Below, piece by piece: positions 48,481 through 61,190 of a DNA stretch of 64,000 bases (the first letter of the stretch is position 1; every line of letters begins with the position of its first letter). The position numbers were made by a program, and so were the translations under genes. Origin of the DNA: Strigamia acuminata (lineage: Eukaryota); assembly GCA_949358305.1 (NCBI GenBank), contig OX442314.1, forward strand, positions 28,582,001 through 28,646,000. The letters are read 5' to 3'. The notes beneath the pieces are model-generated. The model was not told the origin of the DNA and searched no databases. It saw nothing but the letters and a program-made list of their open reading frames with translations.

Positions 48481-51400
48481 ATGGCACTCGCAAGAAACCG
48501 ACGAGTCATCAAACGAAAACATCGCATTAGGTATTTATGTAGAGAACAAATTGCAAATTCAATCGAGATGAATTCCCTACCGATACTCAACAAGATTTTG
48601 GACGAACGAAGATCACTTTCGGTCCGAATCCTGTGGCTGATTGCAATCGGTTTTTGCTCGGGCATTTGCTGTTACCAGACGTATGACAGACTACGCTTTT
48701 ACATGTCTGGACCGGTTGAAGTTAACATTGAATTTAAAGAGACAACACACTTAAAACTACTCGGCTTCTCTGCAGCAGGGTTCGACACTGCAGCTTTGAC
48801 CGCTTTGTGGCCACTACATTTTGAAGGTGACGTCAATTCGGAATTTAAACATTGTGGAAGTGCAGTGAGAGGAATAATCAATTTAAATACCGAGATTGAC
48901 AACTACACTCGGCTGTGGAGCGATTCGAGTTTAATGGGAAATGTTGAGTTTGTAAGATTTAAAAGGGTAAGCTAAGAAAATTACGGAGTATATTTTATCG
49001 ATGTGGTTGATGTAGGATAGAAAGATATTTTCTTTCAATTGTAATTTAATTATTTGATTAACAAAGTTGATTATTGTTGCAGTACAACAAAATTCTGTCT
49101 CAAGTGCGTCGAAATGGCAGTGTTTTGATAGCATCTGATTCCAATGTAGAAATTAGTGAAAAGGACACGAGCACAGGAGCTACCTTAGAATTGACGACTA
49201 CCGGTAGTAAGTAATATCTGTTCAAGTAGAGTACATCTTTTTTAATTTAAATCATTCCATTTTGGTTTAGGTTTATCCATGAGTGAAGGATTCTCAGTCG
49301 AATTTAGTTTACGTCGAAATGGAAACTGCAAAACTCCACTTTTGACCGTACTACTACTTCTTATCCTACTAACCCTTTTCTAAAAAGATTAGTCAGATCA
49401 CTAGGGTCCATTCATTCTACTGACCTGATCAGAAATCCAATCCCAATGGAGAATTTGCCAAACCTTAAGTTTAGTGTGCTGCGTTCCTGGATTTTTCCCA
49501 ACAAAGAATGGATCGAATAAATTTAAAAATCTATATTTGTTTGTGACTGGATATGGTCTTACCCGTATAGTATGGGGATTTACTACACGGGAGGGACGCA
49601 TATCTCACGTAAGAACGAGACAGGGACTCAGATTGTTGGGTTTTGCCCATGCGCAAATTTGGGTCGGCGCAAATTTGAATCGCGCAAACTTGAATCGCGC
49701 AAATTTAGTTTGCGCAAATTTGGGTCGGCGCAAATTTGAGTCGCGCAAATACGGATCGCGCAAATTTGATTTGCGCTAATCTGCACCCCGCCCTGAACCA
49801 GTTGAATGCCGTTTCTGGTCTTCTATCTAATTTGGCCAGTAAAAATAATGTCTAGGGAATTTCATAAGTAATTCAAATGTAAAACAAATCAAAGTTGAAT
49901 CTTTTGAGTCTCACAAATCACCGGTCAAAACAATGCGTTTGTAGCAGAGCTGTGACAGTGTGGTGAAGGTACTGAGTGTAGCTAAAAGAGTGAATAATAA
50001 TCAAATATTACTGCAGAATCTGGCCAGAAAATCGGTCAATGCGCATGTGTGGTGTTTGTCTGGCACGCTTCGTGCTCATTAAAAGTTTGCCTTAGCAACC
50101 CGCTAATTTTGGCAGTTCCGTTGCTAAGCGACTGGTAATGGCTTTAGTTAACAGCCGAGAGCACAGACACGAATGAAATAATTACACGAATATTATTACA
50201 TAATATTAATCAATTTCACTCAAATGTCGCGGGGACATTTGGGGTTGTGACCCCAAGGTGGCATACTTACAAATTACACGATAATGCTTTGCAGAACTCT
50301 CTTCTCATGCATGCTCCGTCTGTTTGTCTTGTGTCAAAAAGCTATAGCTCTGAAGTCTCCTGGGATTCTGGAAATTACAGGGTGGACCCACCAACTCCCT
50401 CCGTTGACAATACTGTAGTCATCTATTTAATAGTATATCTTTAACTTTTAAATTATCTCGTTAATAGATTGCTATTATAAATCCTCTGCAACCATATGGA
50501 TATGCAATACCAACACAAGTCGGTAACGTGTTGTTTGTGGATTTTCATTTACGACAGGTAAGTGCTTTTTGGTATTTCATCACACAAGTGAGATATAAAC
50601 AGGATTTAATTGTAGCTATAAATGTATTGAAATAATTATTCATTTCCAGTACAATTTTTTACCATCAAACTACCCGTTTTGCAGCCCAGACGAAGAGCTA
50701 AACATCAAATGTTACGAAGATTGTTTGGCTAGAATCTTAAAGCCGGAATGTCGGTTAGTCCACATTTTTGTGTATTATACCAACAAGTAATCATAATCAC
50801 GTTAAAACATTGTCACTAAGTAAAGAAAATCAGAAAAAAGAGAAAATGCCTATCTGTTTTTCACTCAATATTGAGTTTCTTGACTTTAAACGGTATATCT
50901 TTAAATTTCAGATTACCCTACATCCCTTTTAATATTGCAGTTCCTGATTGCAGTACCGTGAAAAATAAGACCATTGTATCTAAAACTCACGAGGCTGCGT
51001 ACAAACAGCAATTGTCTACACTGGCAACATTAGATTGTGGTTGCTTGCGACCCTGTTCAAAAAACGCATATCATTACCACCTCGTTGTGGAGAAATTCAC
51101 GGATGAAAATATAGTAATTACCAAACTGAAGCAAACTGATGCGACATACGTCGTCCTGACTGAAAAATATGTCTACGACAAAATTGCATTTTTGGTGGAC
51201 TTTGGCGGAAATTTGGGATTTTCGTTGGACTTGTCCTTGTTGTCCTTATTGGCTGTAATTCGATGGCTTGCTAAGCGGCTATTTGATATCGTTAAAAGAA
51301 GGCCGTCGACGAAAAAAATTGCTAGCAAAATAGTGAAGATTCACGGAAATCTGGAGAGAAAACCCAATACAATTATTGCGTATAAATCAAAAACCACTCG

Positions 51401-54261
51401 TTACGTGCAATACATCGTTCTGTTTGCAAGTGCTGTAATTGCATCGTATGTCGTCGCAACTAAAATCCAGTTTTACTGCAGCGAATCGACCAAAACAGTC
51501 GTCACAGTTCACGAAAACGACACAATTTACATGCCTAATGTAATTGCCTGCACTGAAGGCCTTTTAACGGCAGCGTACACGAAAAAATATGCAAAGCAGA
51601 TTAAAAAACACCAGTGCGAAGTTCATTTTATTGATCTAATGAAGAGTGATAAAAAACCATCACTCCAAAAGGTTTGGGAATACCAGAAACCGAGATTTGA
51701 TGAATACGCCGTGGATGCAGTACTGAACGTAGTTGTTTTTTCTTGTTGTCTCGTTTATTTCTGACGTATAATTAATTTAATCTTTTACACCAGGGAGCTG
51801 GGTTAAGGAAAAAAAGCGATACCTTCAGTAGGCATGACATAAACATGCATTCCGGAAGATGCATCGAGTTCAAACTAAGTACTGTAGTAGAACAATTTAA
51901 ATAAATATTAAAATTTCGTGAATTATTAATTCATTTTAGAGCCAATGAAGTTTGCTGGATCCGGATCAACAGTTTTGTTAAGCTTTATAAAAAATAAAGA
52001 CATCACATGTTCTCATGGCTTGTGGCAGGTAGGTGCAGGTGCACTGTTTATTAGCATCTCTATCAACATTTTCTGATGTTTGTTGAGAGTTGAAACTTAT
52101 CGATATTTTTATCTCCTCAGTTGTATGTGCGGCCACCTGGAGCGAAGATAGAATCTATTCTTACGAGTCAGCGGAATCTCATGCAGTCTACTTCTTCAAT
52201 AATGCAATTTACATTTGTTAATGTATGTATGCATTGTAGTGAAATTAGAAAAATGCTTAGATTTGGTTATGGATGCTTCATCTGCAAGCATTAGAGAAAT
52301 TGGAAGTTTATTTGTCCCTTATCTAACTTGTGTGGTGGCCATTTTGAAATTGACAAGCGAAGCTCGTATACTGTACCAGTATCCTTGTGTGATCCTTTCT
52401 TGTTCAATGCAAAAGAGTCCTTTCTCCCATTGGCTGAGCTATTTCACTTGTGTAGTGATCTACAAAAATAGACCCAAAACAGACATTGTAATCGATTACC
52501 TATTGTTAGGAAATTGTTTGTTTTCCTGAGACCTGACAAAGCAACCAATAAACAGAACAAACATGAGTTTTAAATTAAAAAGTGCATAAAACTTTATTTT
52601 ATGAATAGAAAAACCATTTTATAATAAAAAACAATTAAAATTGTATAAATTTAAATGGTCGTAATAATCACAAAAATAAATAAAAATAAAAAATACTTCT
52701 CCTGGTGGTAGAGTTAGGAGTAATGAGGTTTAGCCAATGGGAGAAAGGACTCTTTTGGATTGAACAAGTGTACAGTACTATAGATGCTTTGGGTTTTTTG
52801 CATTTCTGCTTTAAAATTGCCGGTAAGAAAAACTCAAGGCATCACATCACTTGAATACGTAAAAGTAAAGTAATTACTCTGGCTCATTGTAAGTGGGTAC
52901 CCAGTTTCTATTGGCCGAGCCATTTCACTGGTGTAGGTATAAATAAAAATAGGCCAAATTACATGTCATTTTAGCGACACAAAATTGCTAAAATGACATG
53001 GTCGCTAAAGTGATGGTCGCTAAAACGGCACTAATACTAACACTAATATTAACCTAACCATATAGTTTAGGTTTAATTCCTAAGAAGGGCTAACAAGGGA
53101 GAGGGCTGCGCCCCCCCTTGCCCCCCGCGAACCTAACCTTACTGGTTTTTTGATGCAAACCACTTTTTTGAGCTGGCTTGTCGCGGTAAATTGTGTCGCG
53201 TCGCTAAAACGTAGCGATCACTACTGGAAAGCTACCTTATTGTCGCTAAAACGTGATCGCTAAAATGGGACTTTTTTAGTAAAAATCGCTAAAATGAGCG
53301 TCGCTAAAATGACTATAACCGCATAAAAGCAATCAATCATAAAATTCAAAAATTGCTTGCTTTTCTGAAAAAGCAACCAATAAACTGAACAAACTGAACA
53401 AACATGTATTTTGAAAAAATAACACCATAAAACATTGCTTTACAATTTTTTAAAACATTTTATTATTAAATAAAAAGTCAATTAACATCATTTCAACCAT
53501 TACAATAATCAAACAAATTAAAAACACAACAAAACTACATTTCCTGGTGGTAGTACAAAGGCAACAGTTAGGAGTAAACAGGCTCGGCCAATAGGAAATG
53601 GGTACCCACTTACGATGAGTCAGAGTATACTTCCATGTTGCAGTTATAAAATTGAAATTATTTTTAATTGCTGCAGAAAATATCAATTAATTTAAAATCA
53701 CATGCCTGCGTCGCACGAGAAGAGCATGTCCGATGCCGAAACGAATGCTTTCGAAGTAAATTTCAATCAATCAAGTGCAAGTAAGTCACTCATCTCATGC
53801 CAAAGTTCATTGAAATTGAAACATTCATCTAATTACTGCTGTCCACATGGACAGATTTTAAAATGATTAAATGTTTGTATTCAACTAGATTACCTTTCAC
53901 CGAGAACAATTTGACCAACACATGCAGCTCTGCCGAAGAAGCCAAAGAAGCTTTGTCCACGTTTATTCATTTATCTCTGAAGACCGACATAAAGAAAGAA
54001 TGTTACTGTCAACCTTCCTGCACAGAGAATATATACCAAACACGTGTTTATTTTCAACAACCTAACACAAGTATTGTATCAGTTGCTGCAATTATGCCCT
54101 TAAATAATTTAATAGAGAAATTTGAAGAACTTGATGTATACAGCCTTAACGCTCTGTTCTGTGATGTGGGAAATAGTTTTGGCTTGTTTTTTGGCTTGTC
54201 GTTGCTGGTAATACCAGAGCTATTACAGAATGTCATTGCATGTGTGTTTTGTTGTTTGTAA
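48481..54261 (+). CDS. Tandem two-subunit DEG/ENaC channel gene, copy 4; apparently intact, 11 exons, ~816 aa
   Basis: Exons 48481-48966, 49083-49206, 49271-49347, 50468-50557, 50650-50753, 50912-51728, 51794-51878, 51940-52028, 52121-52222, 53677-53780, 53889-54261. All GT-AG, phases compatible, 2451 nt. Two TM1, two Cys-rich thumb regions and two TM2. Confidence 0.85.
49542..49793. mobile_element. Truncated LTR (24203 family) joined to a GCGCAAATTT-repeat TE end
   Basis: 49542-49648 matches the start of 24203-24762; ~9 imperfect 15-16-bp repeats follow; not present in copies 2 and 3. Confidence 0.65.
52963..53321. mobile_element. MITE-like insertion with TCGCTAAAA repeats
   Basis: GTCATTTTAGCGAC...GTCGCTAAAATGAC inverted ends; related sequence at ~58650-58793; specific to copy 4. 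Confidence 0.55.
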
Positions 54262-55821
54262 CATGTAAACTGTAATCTTCAATCCCCAAAATTAATAATT
54301 ACCTTAGTATGTATGTATCTATGTGTGCAATACGGCACTTTTCATCTGTACAATGACACTTTTCATGTGTAAAATGGCACTTTTTATGTGTAAAATGGCA
54401 CTTTTCATGTGTTCAATGGCACTTTTCATGTGGAAAATGACACTTTTCATGTGCATAATGGCACTTTTATTGTGCAAAATGGAACCGGAAAAGGATTTGG
54501 CGATTGAGTGGTGCCAACGTAGGTAAGACACCAACCAAACCAAGTTAATTGCGCAGCTTTACTGCGCAGATCCGAAGTGTGCCAGGCCTGCAGGTGCAGT
54601 ATTGCCATATTTTTTCACCAAATTGAGCTCACAGCGCACAGTTTGTGCGCAGAACTGAGGTGTGCCTTGGCACACTTCACCCTCATTTTGGCCAGAGGTA
54701 TGGTGCAATAGCAACGGTTTTTGTGCAAGAAATTCCTTTGTTGCACCAAAATTAGCTTTCTGAGCACATTTAGTGCACAGGACCAGTGAGTGCATAAAAC
54801 CCCAAATTTTGGCGGTTTTGCTCACTCTTGACATCACACCAGCAACACACAACATCACTGCTTTGAATCACCCAGAACTTCAAGTATTGATAGTGTACCG
54901 TTTGGTGAGTTGAGACTCTGCTGTTTCCCCTGTTTTTCCAGTGGAACCAGCCACATTTGCGCTCGTGTGTAACATGCACTGTCTGTTACACGCACTTGTA
55001 CGAATCTCGGGTAACGCTCGAGAAACCGCTCACTGTCGGTTATCGTGAGTCCCGTTGAACTATCTAGGACTCACCATTACTGTCACAGCACCCACACTTG
55101 CCGTGAACCATCGTAAACGACTGTAAGCTACGGCGGAGTCCCTCCGGAGCTTGCAGTCGCTGCCATCGTACGTGCAGTGAAATTTTTCCAGGCGCGTCCG
55201 CCTCGCCATTTTGTATGCAACAAACACCGTTTGCGAAAACTTCCTTTGTTTCGTGTGAGCTTTGCCGTTCACATTTCATTTCTAATTCTTCCTTTTTTAG
55301 CTTTAAATTTAACCTCTAATATTTTAGTAATAATATATTATATTTCCTAAATCATTTGTAATTTCCACGAATAAAGCACAATTTACCATTTTTGTTCAAT
55401 CAAAACTGTAATCAACTTATTTTTCAACACCCCTAGACACATTTTTACAGGCTATCTCGATTGTGAGTTATTTGGATAAAAGTTAAGTATTTATTCAAAT
55501 AAATTCCCGGATCACCACAACAAGTGTTTGACTCTTTGGTAAATTTTCAGATTATGCTGCAGTGAAGCATAAGGGGGTGCTTATCGAAATCTTAAAAAGC
55601 TTCTACTTTCTCGAAAATAAAGATTTGCCTGGTGTTGTCAATCATTTTTTTTTTAATTATTAAATTTAACATTTGAATTTTGAGTGGAAAACAAGATTTG
55701 CAGGCCATGCAGGAACTTTATTGCACGTGACCAAAAACTGGTCACATCAAGTCACTTAATTTTATCGACACTGCGTTAAAACACGCACGTAGTAACAATT
55801 TCAATCAGTTAATTAACAGAT

Positions 55822-56130
55822 TAAAATTTTTATTTTTATTTTATTTTCATTTTTATTTTTATTTCATTTTTATTTTTATTTTTATTTTATTTTCATTTTT
55901 ATTTTTATTTTATTTTCATTTTTATTTTTATTTTCTTTTCATTTTCATTTTTCTTTTCTTTTCATTTTTCTTTTTATTTCATTTTTCTTTTTATTTCATT
56001 TTCATTTTCATTTTTATTTTATTTTCATTTTTATTTTTATTTTATTTTCATTTTTATTTTATTTTCACTTTTATTTTTATTTTATTTTCATTTTTATTTT
56101 TATTTTATTTTCATTTTTATTTTTATTTTT
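55822..56130. repeat. (ATTTTT/ATTTTC)n low-complexity microsatellite
   Basis: Directly visible; lies between the duplicated unit and the diverged paralog. Confidence 0.95.
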
Positions 56131-57497
56131 GCTCACAAAAATCGTTCTCTAAAAAGGTCAACAAATTAAAAATTAATTTGAAAGAAAAAGAAGCAAACTT
56201 CTAACCAATATTTTCTACATTGACAATTTAATTACTATCACCTTTTCATTATTATCCGACATTTAATTTAAAAATAATTTGCTCAAAACCTAATTGAACC
56301 GATAAATTGCTAAACTGTCCCTGTCAACACCTATGCTGTACAGCATATAATTTCCTTATTATTTATTCCATTAACGTGTCTCATTCTAATGCATTTTTTA
56401 AACTTGTATACAAAAGAAAAAAAACACCATCACACGCACACATGCACCTAAACTACAACATACAGGATGGTTTAAACGTTTTTCAAACAGAAATATCAAG
56501 TTTCTTGCGTTCATACAATGAGGATTGCAAGGAAAAGGAATGCAGCTGCGGTAAAGTCTAAACTCCGTAAAATTATACAACAACAAATGCCACGTCTTTG
56601 CATGTTTGAAGATTCATTTCCCGAAATACAAACGTTAATTGATCCCACAAAAAGCGCTAAAATCAAGTTTGTTTGGAGCTTACTTTTAGTGAGCTGCCTT
56701 GCAACCTGTTGCTATCAAACTGGGCAGAAAATCAAATATTTCTTTTCGAACCCCATTACTACTGATGCGTACACGAGCGATGAACCCTAGATTTCATTCC
56801 CAGTTTTGAAAGTATGCACGACTGAAAACACATATACACGATACGCCTGGAAAAATATTTTAAACTCAACACCAGCAAACTCAGGCAATTGTACTGCTAA
56901 CATCCTGCTGGCGTTAATTGATAATGAAAATGTCAACATGTCTGCATTATGGGATAGTGATTATTCTGTTTTAAACAAAACTGAATTTATTTCGGTAAGG
57001 AATGCTCAATTTATTTTGGCAACTGAAATATAAACAGCTGTTTTTTTTTTACAGAAGTCAACAGACAAACCAAACTTACAAATAAGAAACGAATTGTCCG
57101 ATCATGGAACCTGCGTAGTGATAACAGTTGGTAAGTTATGATCTACTATAAGTATAAATATAAATATATTTATACCTAAATGGTTCAGTGGTACTACAGA
57201 GTCATTTCATATTTCCTAGAAAATGTTAAGGGACGAAACATATTCGGTAAATTCAAAATGTGGTTCAATCGGCCAATATTCTGCAACCCAGGCATCCTTC
57301 ACGTAAATATATAGTGATTATAATGAAAAAAAGCAAATTTCAAATATTAAATTTCATTAAATTTGTAGATGTCAACACCTATTCCAGGTGTATCAACAGC
57401 ATTAATTCCGTTGTCGTCAAATCAAATAATAAGAAGTAAATTTAGTTTACGAAAGGTATTTACCCGTATCACATTATTCTACAGTTGTGGTTTCCAA

Positions 57498-57873
57498 TAG
57501 AATTTGACCGATATCGATATTTTACAGTATCGCCGATACCGATAATCGGCAACCGAATATCGGCCGATACCGATACCTGCGCCGATATTAAAATTAAAAT
57601 GTCCGACCCACCCCCACCCCTCAAAATAAAAAAAAGAAAATTAAAATTGCTTTTATTAATTTATTTTATGTTTAAGAAACGTTTTTGAAGCAGTATATAA
57701 TATATACTGCTCCAAAAGCGTTTCTAAAACGTATCGTTTTAGTCTAAAACGATACGTTTTAGAAATGTGGCAATATCAGTATCGGCCACACCAAAAAATA
57801 TCGGATCCGATATCGGTGAATACCGAAATATCGGCCGATAGCCGATACCGATACAGGTATCAGTCAAAGTCTA
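57498..57873. mobile_element. hAT MITE
   Basis: TAGAATTTGAC...GTCAAAGTCTA termini, 8-bp TSD GTTTCCAA, CCGATA subterminal repeats. Confidence 0.88.
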
Positions 57874-58016
57874 GTTTCCAATGTAAAACCTAAGACGATT
57901 GAGAAAGAAACATGACACACTGCCTGAAAGTCGTCACCAAACCGTCTGACAGAAATGAGGTCACTGTGACGTTACTTAGAGGGGGTGTCCTAAATTTCAG
58001 ACAAACATTGCAGGGG

Positions 58017-58646
58017 TGTGACCGCTTGGCCATCCAAGGTGACCTACATCACTGCCACACACCGCCCAGTGGCCCTTGCTGGTGGACTGACCCAGTTGTG
58101 ACTGGGATATGGTCTTACCCGCCATGGTAGGGGCATTTACCACAGCGGAAAGAAAGCATAATAACAAGACAGGGACTCAGATTGTTAGGTTTTGGCCTTT
58201 AATCGTTGTCTAGGGGTTGAGTCACCTATCTTACTGTTTGGCTGTGCTGTTAGGCACACTACACCGGCGTCTGACCCGTCACTCATGGAACCTAAGTCCC
58301 ATGAGTGATGTGGTCGGTCGCGTCGGACGAACATTCTGCCGTACTTACCTGTACAACCCATGTAGCCGCTCATGGAGGCTGCAGCAGGCACATCTTCCTG
58401 CTACTGAGCATCACAGTGGTGAATGGTGAGATGAGCAGAGTCAGCAGTTGTCTCAGCTGGTGCTCGGACCGTGGCAGCTCACCCTGGCAAGTCTTCACCC
58501 TCGGCTCTCTCAGCAACGTCTCTCTCTCACCACACCACTCAGCTCCCTCCTCCTCTGCTAGGCCGGTCCACTCCTCCAAGAGGAGCTTGGGGCCACCAGG
58601 CGGTGTGTGAAGTGACGTAGGCCACTAGGGTGGCCAAACGGTCACA
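58017..58646. mobile_element. Solo LTR of the 24203 family (58097-58646) preceded by an inverted fragment of the same family (58017-~58075)
   Basis: TGTGACTGGGATATGGTCTTACCC...GCCAAACGGTCACA is collinear with 24203-24762; 58017 onward resembles the reverse complement of the LTR end. Confidence 0.75.
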
Positions 58647-59442
58647 AAATCACTGCGTTGCTAAAACGATTCGGGCACTAAGATGATAAGTCGCTAAGAC
58701 ATGTCTGTTGTTCTGTGTGGTCGCTAAAAAGTGTTATTTTTCTAAATTTTTGCTGAAATGTGAAATGACGGTCGCTAAAGTAACTTTAACCGTAAAAATT
58801 GTATGTAATTATTTAGTTCAAATTTTTGAATACCCCATCTAATCCATGCACTGATAAAAAGGATTTCAACAAATGCCACAAGAAATGTCTTGAAAATTTT
58901 TACAGTCAACAAATTTGCAGGTAAGGAATCACTTTATATACAGGGCGTTTCGTTTAAGATGCCCAGTCAATTTCCAGAATAAGTGTATGCTTTTTTAAAA
59001 AACCAAGCAGACTAGCCTATAGCAAAGTAGGGATGACGAATCCAATGGTGTAATCAAATTTCATGCCAGACATGCAACAATGCACTTTTAATTTCCTAAC
59101 TCGTTAACTGGTTGAGATAGAGCAAAATTTCCAATTACAAAGTTGTAGAGAATCATAAAATTAGTACTATCCAACTGATTGTTGAAGGCAAGCCTCCAGA
59201 CTATCATGCGAGGCGTCGATGCTCACAATTGTTTCGCTGTCGGCGCAAAAATGTGCTAACTCGATGTAATTCTTCAGTTCAGTTTTCATGTTGGTGATAG
59301 CGTTCCAATGCGCGGTAGATAATGGAAATACAGCGTTTTGCGCATCAGGTTTGTCAGGACCTTTATCTTAGCAGCAAAGTTTAGAATAAATCGCCTGTAG
59401 AAATTCGCAAAACCAAGAAACGCTTGATGTTTGATTGATTTA

Positions 59443-59843
59443 AGGCTAGTTCACATGGATGCGTTAACATGGATGCGTCGCATGTGAACTGGTTTGCAGC
59501 GCCAACGCGCGTTGACTGAAGCACGTTGTGATTTCGTGCGTCGTAACGCACAACACACGAGTTGAAATATTTCAACTTCAACGCAATAATGAACTTGCGT
59601 TGCTGCAATATCCCGCTAGGTGATATGGCGCTCCTACTTATCACCATACATTGTCAACAAAAATGGCTGCAGCTAAAAACAACCCGCCTATTCCTTTTTA
59701 TTTGTCAAAACAATGTGGACATGTGAACTGTCATGCGTTGTGCGTTGCTGCGCTGACAATGCACGATGGCACATGCTTGAGCATTGTGCTTCATGCTTGC
59801 GCGTTGAAGCTGATGCAGCAACGCATCCATGTGAACTAGGCTT
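59443..59843. mobile_element. PIF/Harbinger-like MITE, nested in a Tc1-like remnant starting near 58940
   Basis: TIR CTAGTTCACATGGATGCGTT at both ends, TTA/TAA flanks. Confidence 0.7.
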
Positions 59844-61190
59844 TAAACATTGAGAAACGATCGATAGCCTCTAGTCTCGCGGGGTCGATGCATCGTCCGG
59901 GTGACGAAATAGTGTAACCCAGGAAACGAATTTTGCGCAAGAGAAGTTGGCTTTTGTTCAGGTGAATTTTAAGTCGTCTGGGAGTAAGTGGGAGTAATTT
60001 TAAATGATTTGTCTTCAGGTGGGGAGTTGAATGATACGGAGTATATCACAAGTGGAGGACAGGACGGGTTTGATCAGATAATTTTTAATAATTTTTATTT
60101 CTTTAAAAATACAGATTTCCATTTATGAGTGGAAAAACAGGTGACATGTGCAAAACTTCAATGGATACACGAATGCTGTATGAGCACATTGTTTACAAAC
60201 TAAACCGCAGAAATACAGAATTAAATTGCTCATGTAACCGAATGTGTACTCAAATAGAAGAAGAGTTAAAATCCCTCACAGTTATGACATCAGATTCCTC
60301 ATGGCTTGAACGTGAGAGTGAAGCAGAGTCAAATACCGTTCATGTTGTTGAAGAAAGATTTTCTTACGGGTTTCTCAATCTTCTCATTGATGCAGCTGGA
60401 AACGTCAGCCTTTACCTTGGAATGTCAATACTTTCAGTTTTAAATTTGATAAGTTTAATCATCAATTATCAAAAACGTAATGCAACATCACGGAATGGTA
60501 GAATAATTTCTGCCAAAGTACGCTGTTATCTCCGAAAGAATAAATGGCATTTCTCATCTCTACTGCTACATAACGACCCAATTGGCAGCCATATTCAAAA
60601 CATATTGGAAAAAGTTGTTCATCTCGGTTGCATCTCTCTGTTTTTGATTATGATCTATTTCAAATTGACGACTTACGTGGGCTATCCGATACGGATTAGC
60701 ACTGCAATCTTAGATGAAGCAAATGTAAGCTTTCCAAACATAACAGCTTGTGTATTGGATAAGAGTATTATGAAGCTTGAGAAGACATATGCTGAGGAAA
60801 ATAATATGAGTCAAAGTGATTGTCCCATCCACATATTGAGTTTACTAGATATGAAAGAAAAAAAGCTCACAATAGAAGAACTATGGGAAACATCGTTCAA
60901 TACAGACAGTGTAACCGTATTTCCAGTAAGTGGGATTATGTAAATTACAATAGTAAAAAACATTATTCACATACGATGGAATTCTAAAACAATTAGCCAT
61001 AATGATTTAATATTTAAGACAACAACTTGCCAATTTAGGTGTTAAATCTGGAAACAAACAAAAGGCAAAAAAAGAAATTCAGCTCTCTAACATTTGTATA
61101 AGTCCAGCTGTAGTAACAATTTTAATTTCAACAACAAACCATTTATTCACCCCCTGAATCAGGACGTTATTAGATCATAAAATTCACTTA

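Noticed and set aside
54262..55775. A third fused channel subunit that would make a single-chain trimer
   Set aside because: All three complete copies stop shortly after the second TM2, and no further TM1-like exon is visible downstream.
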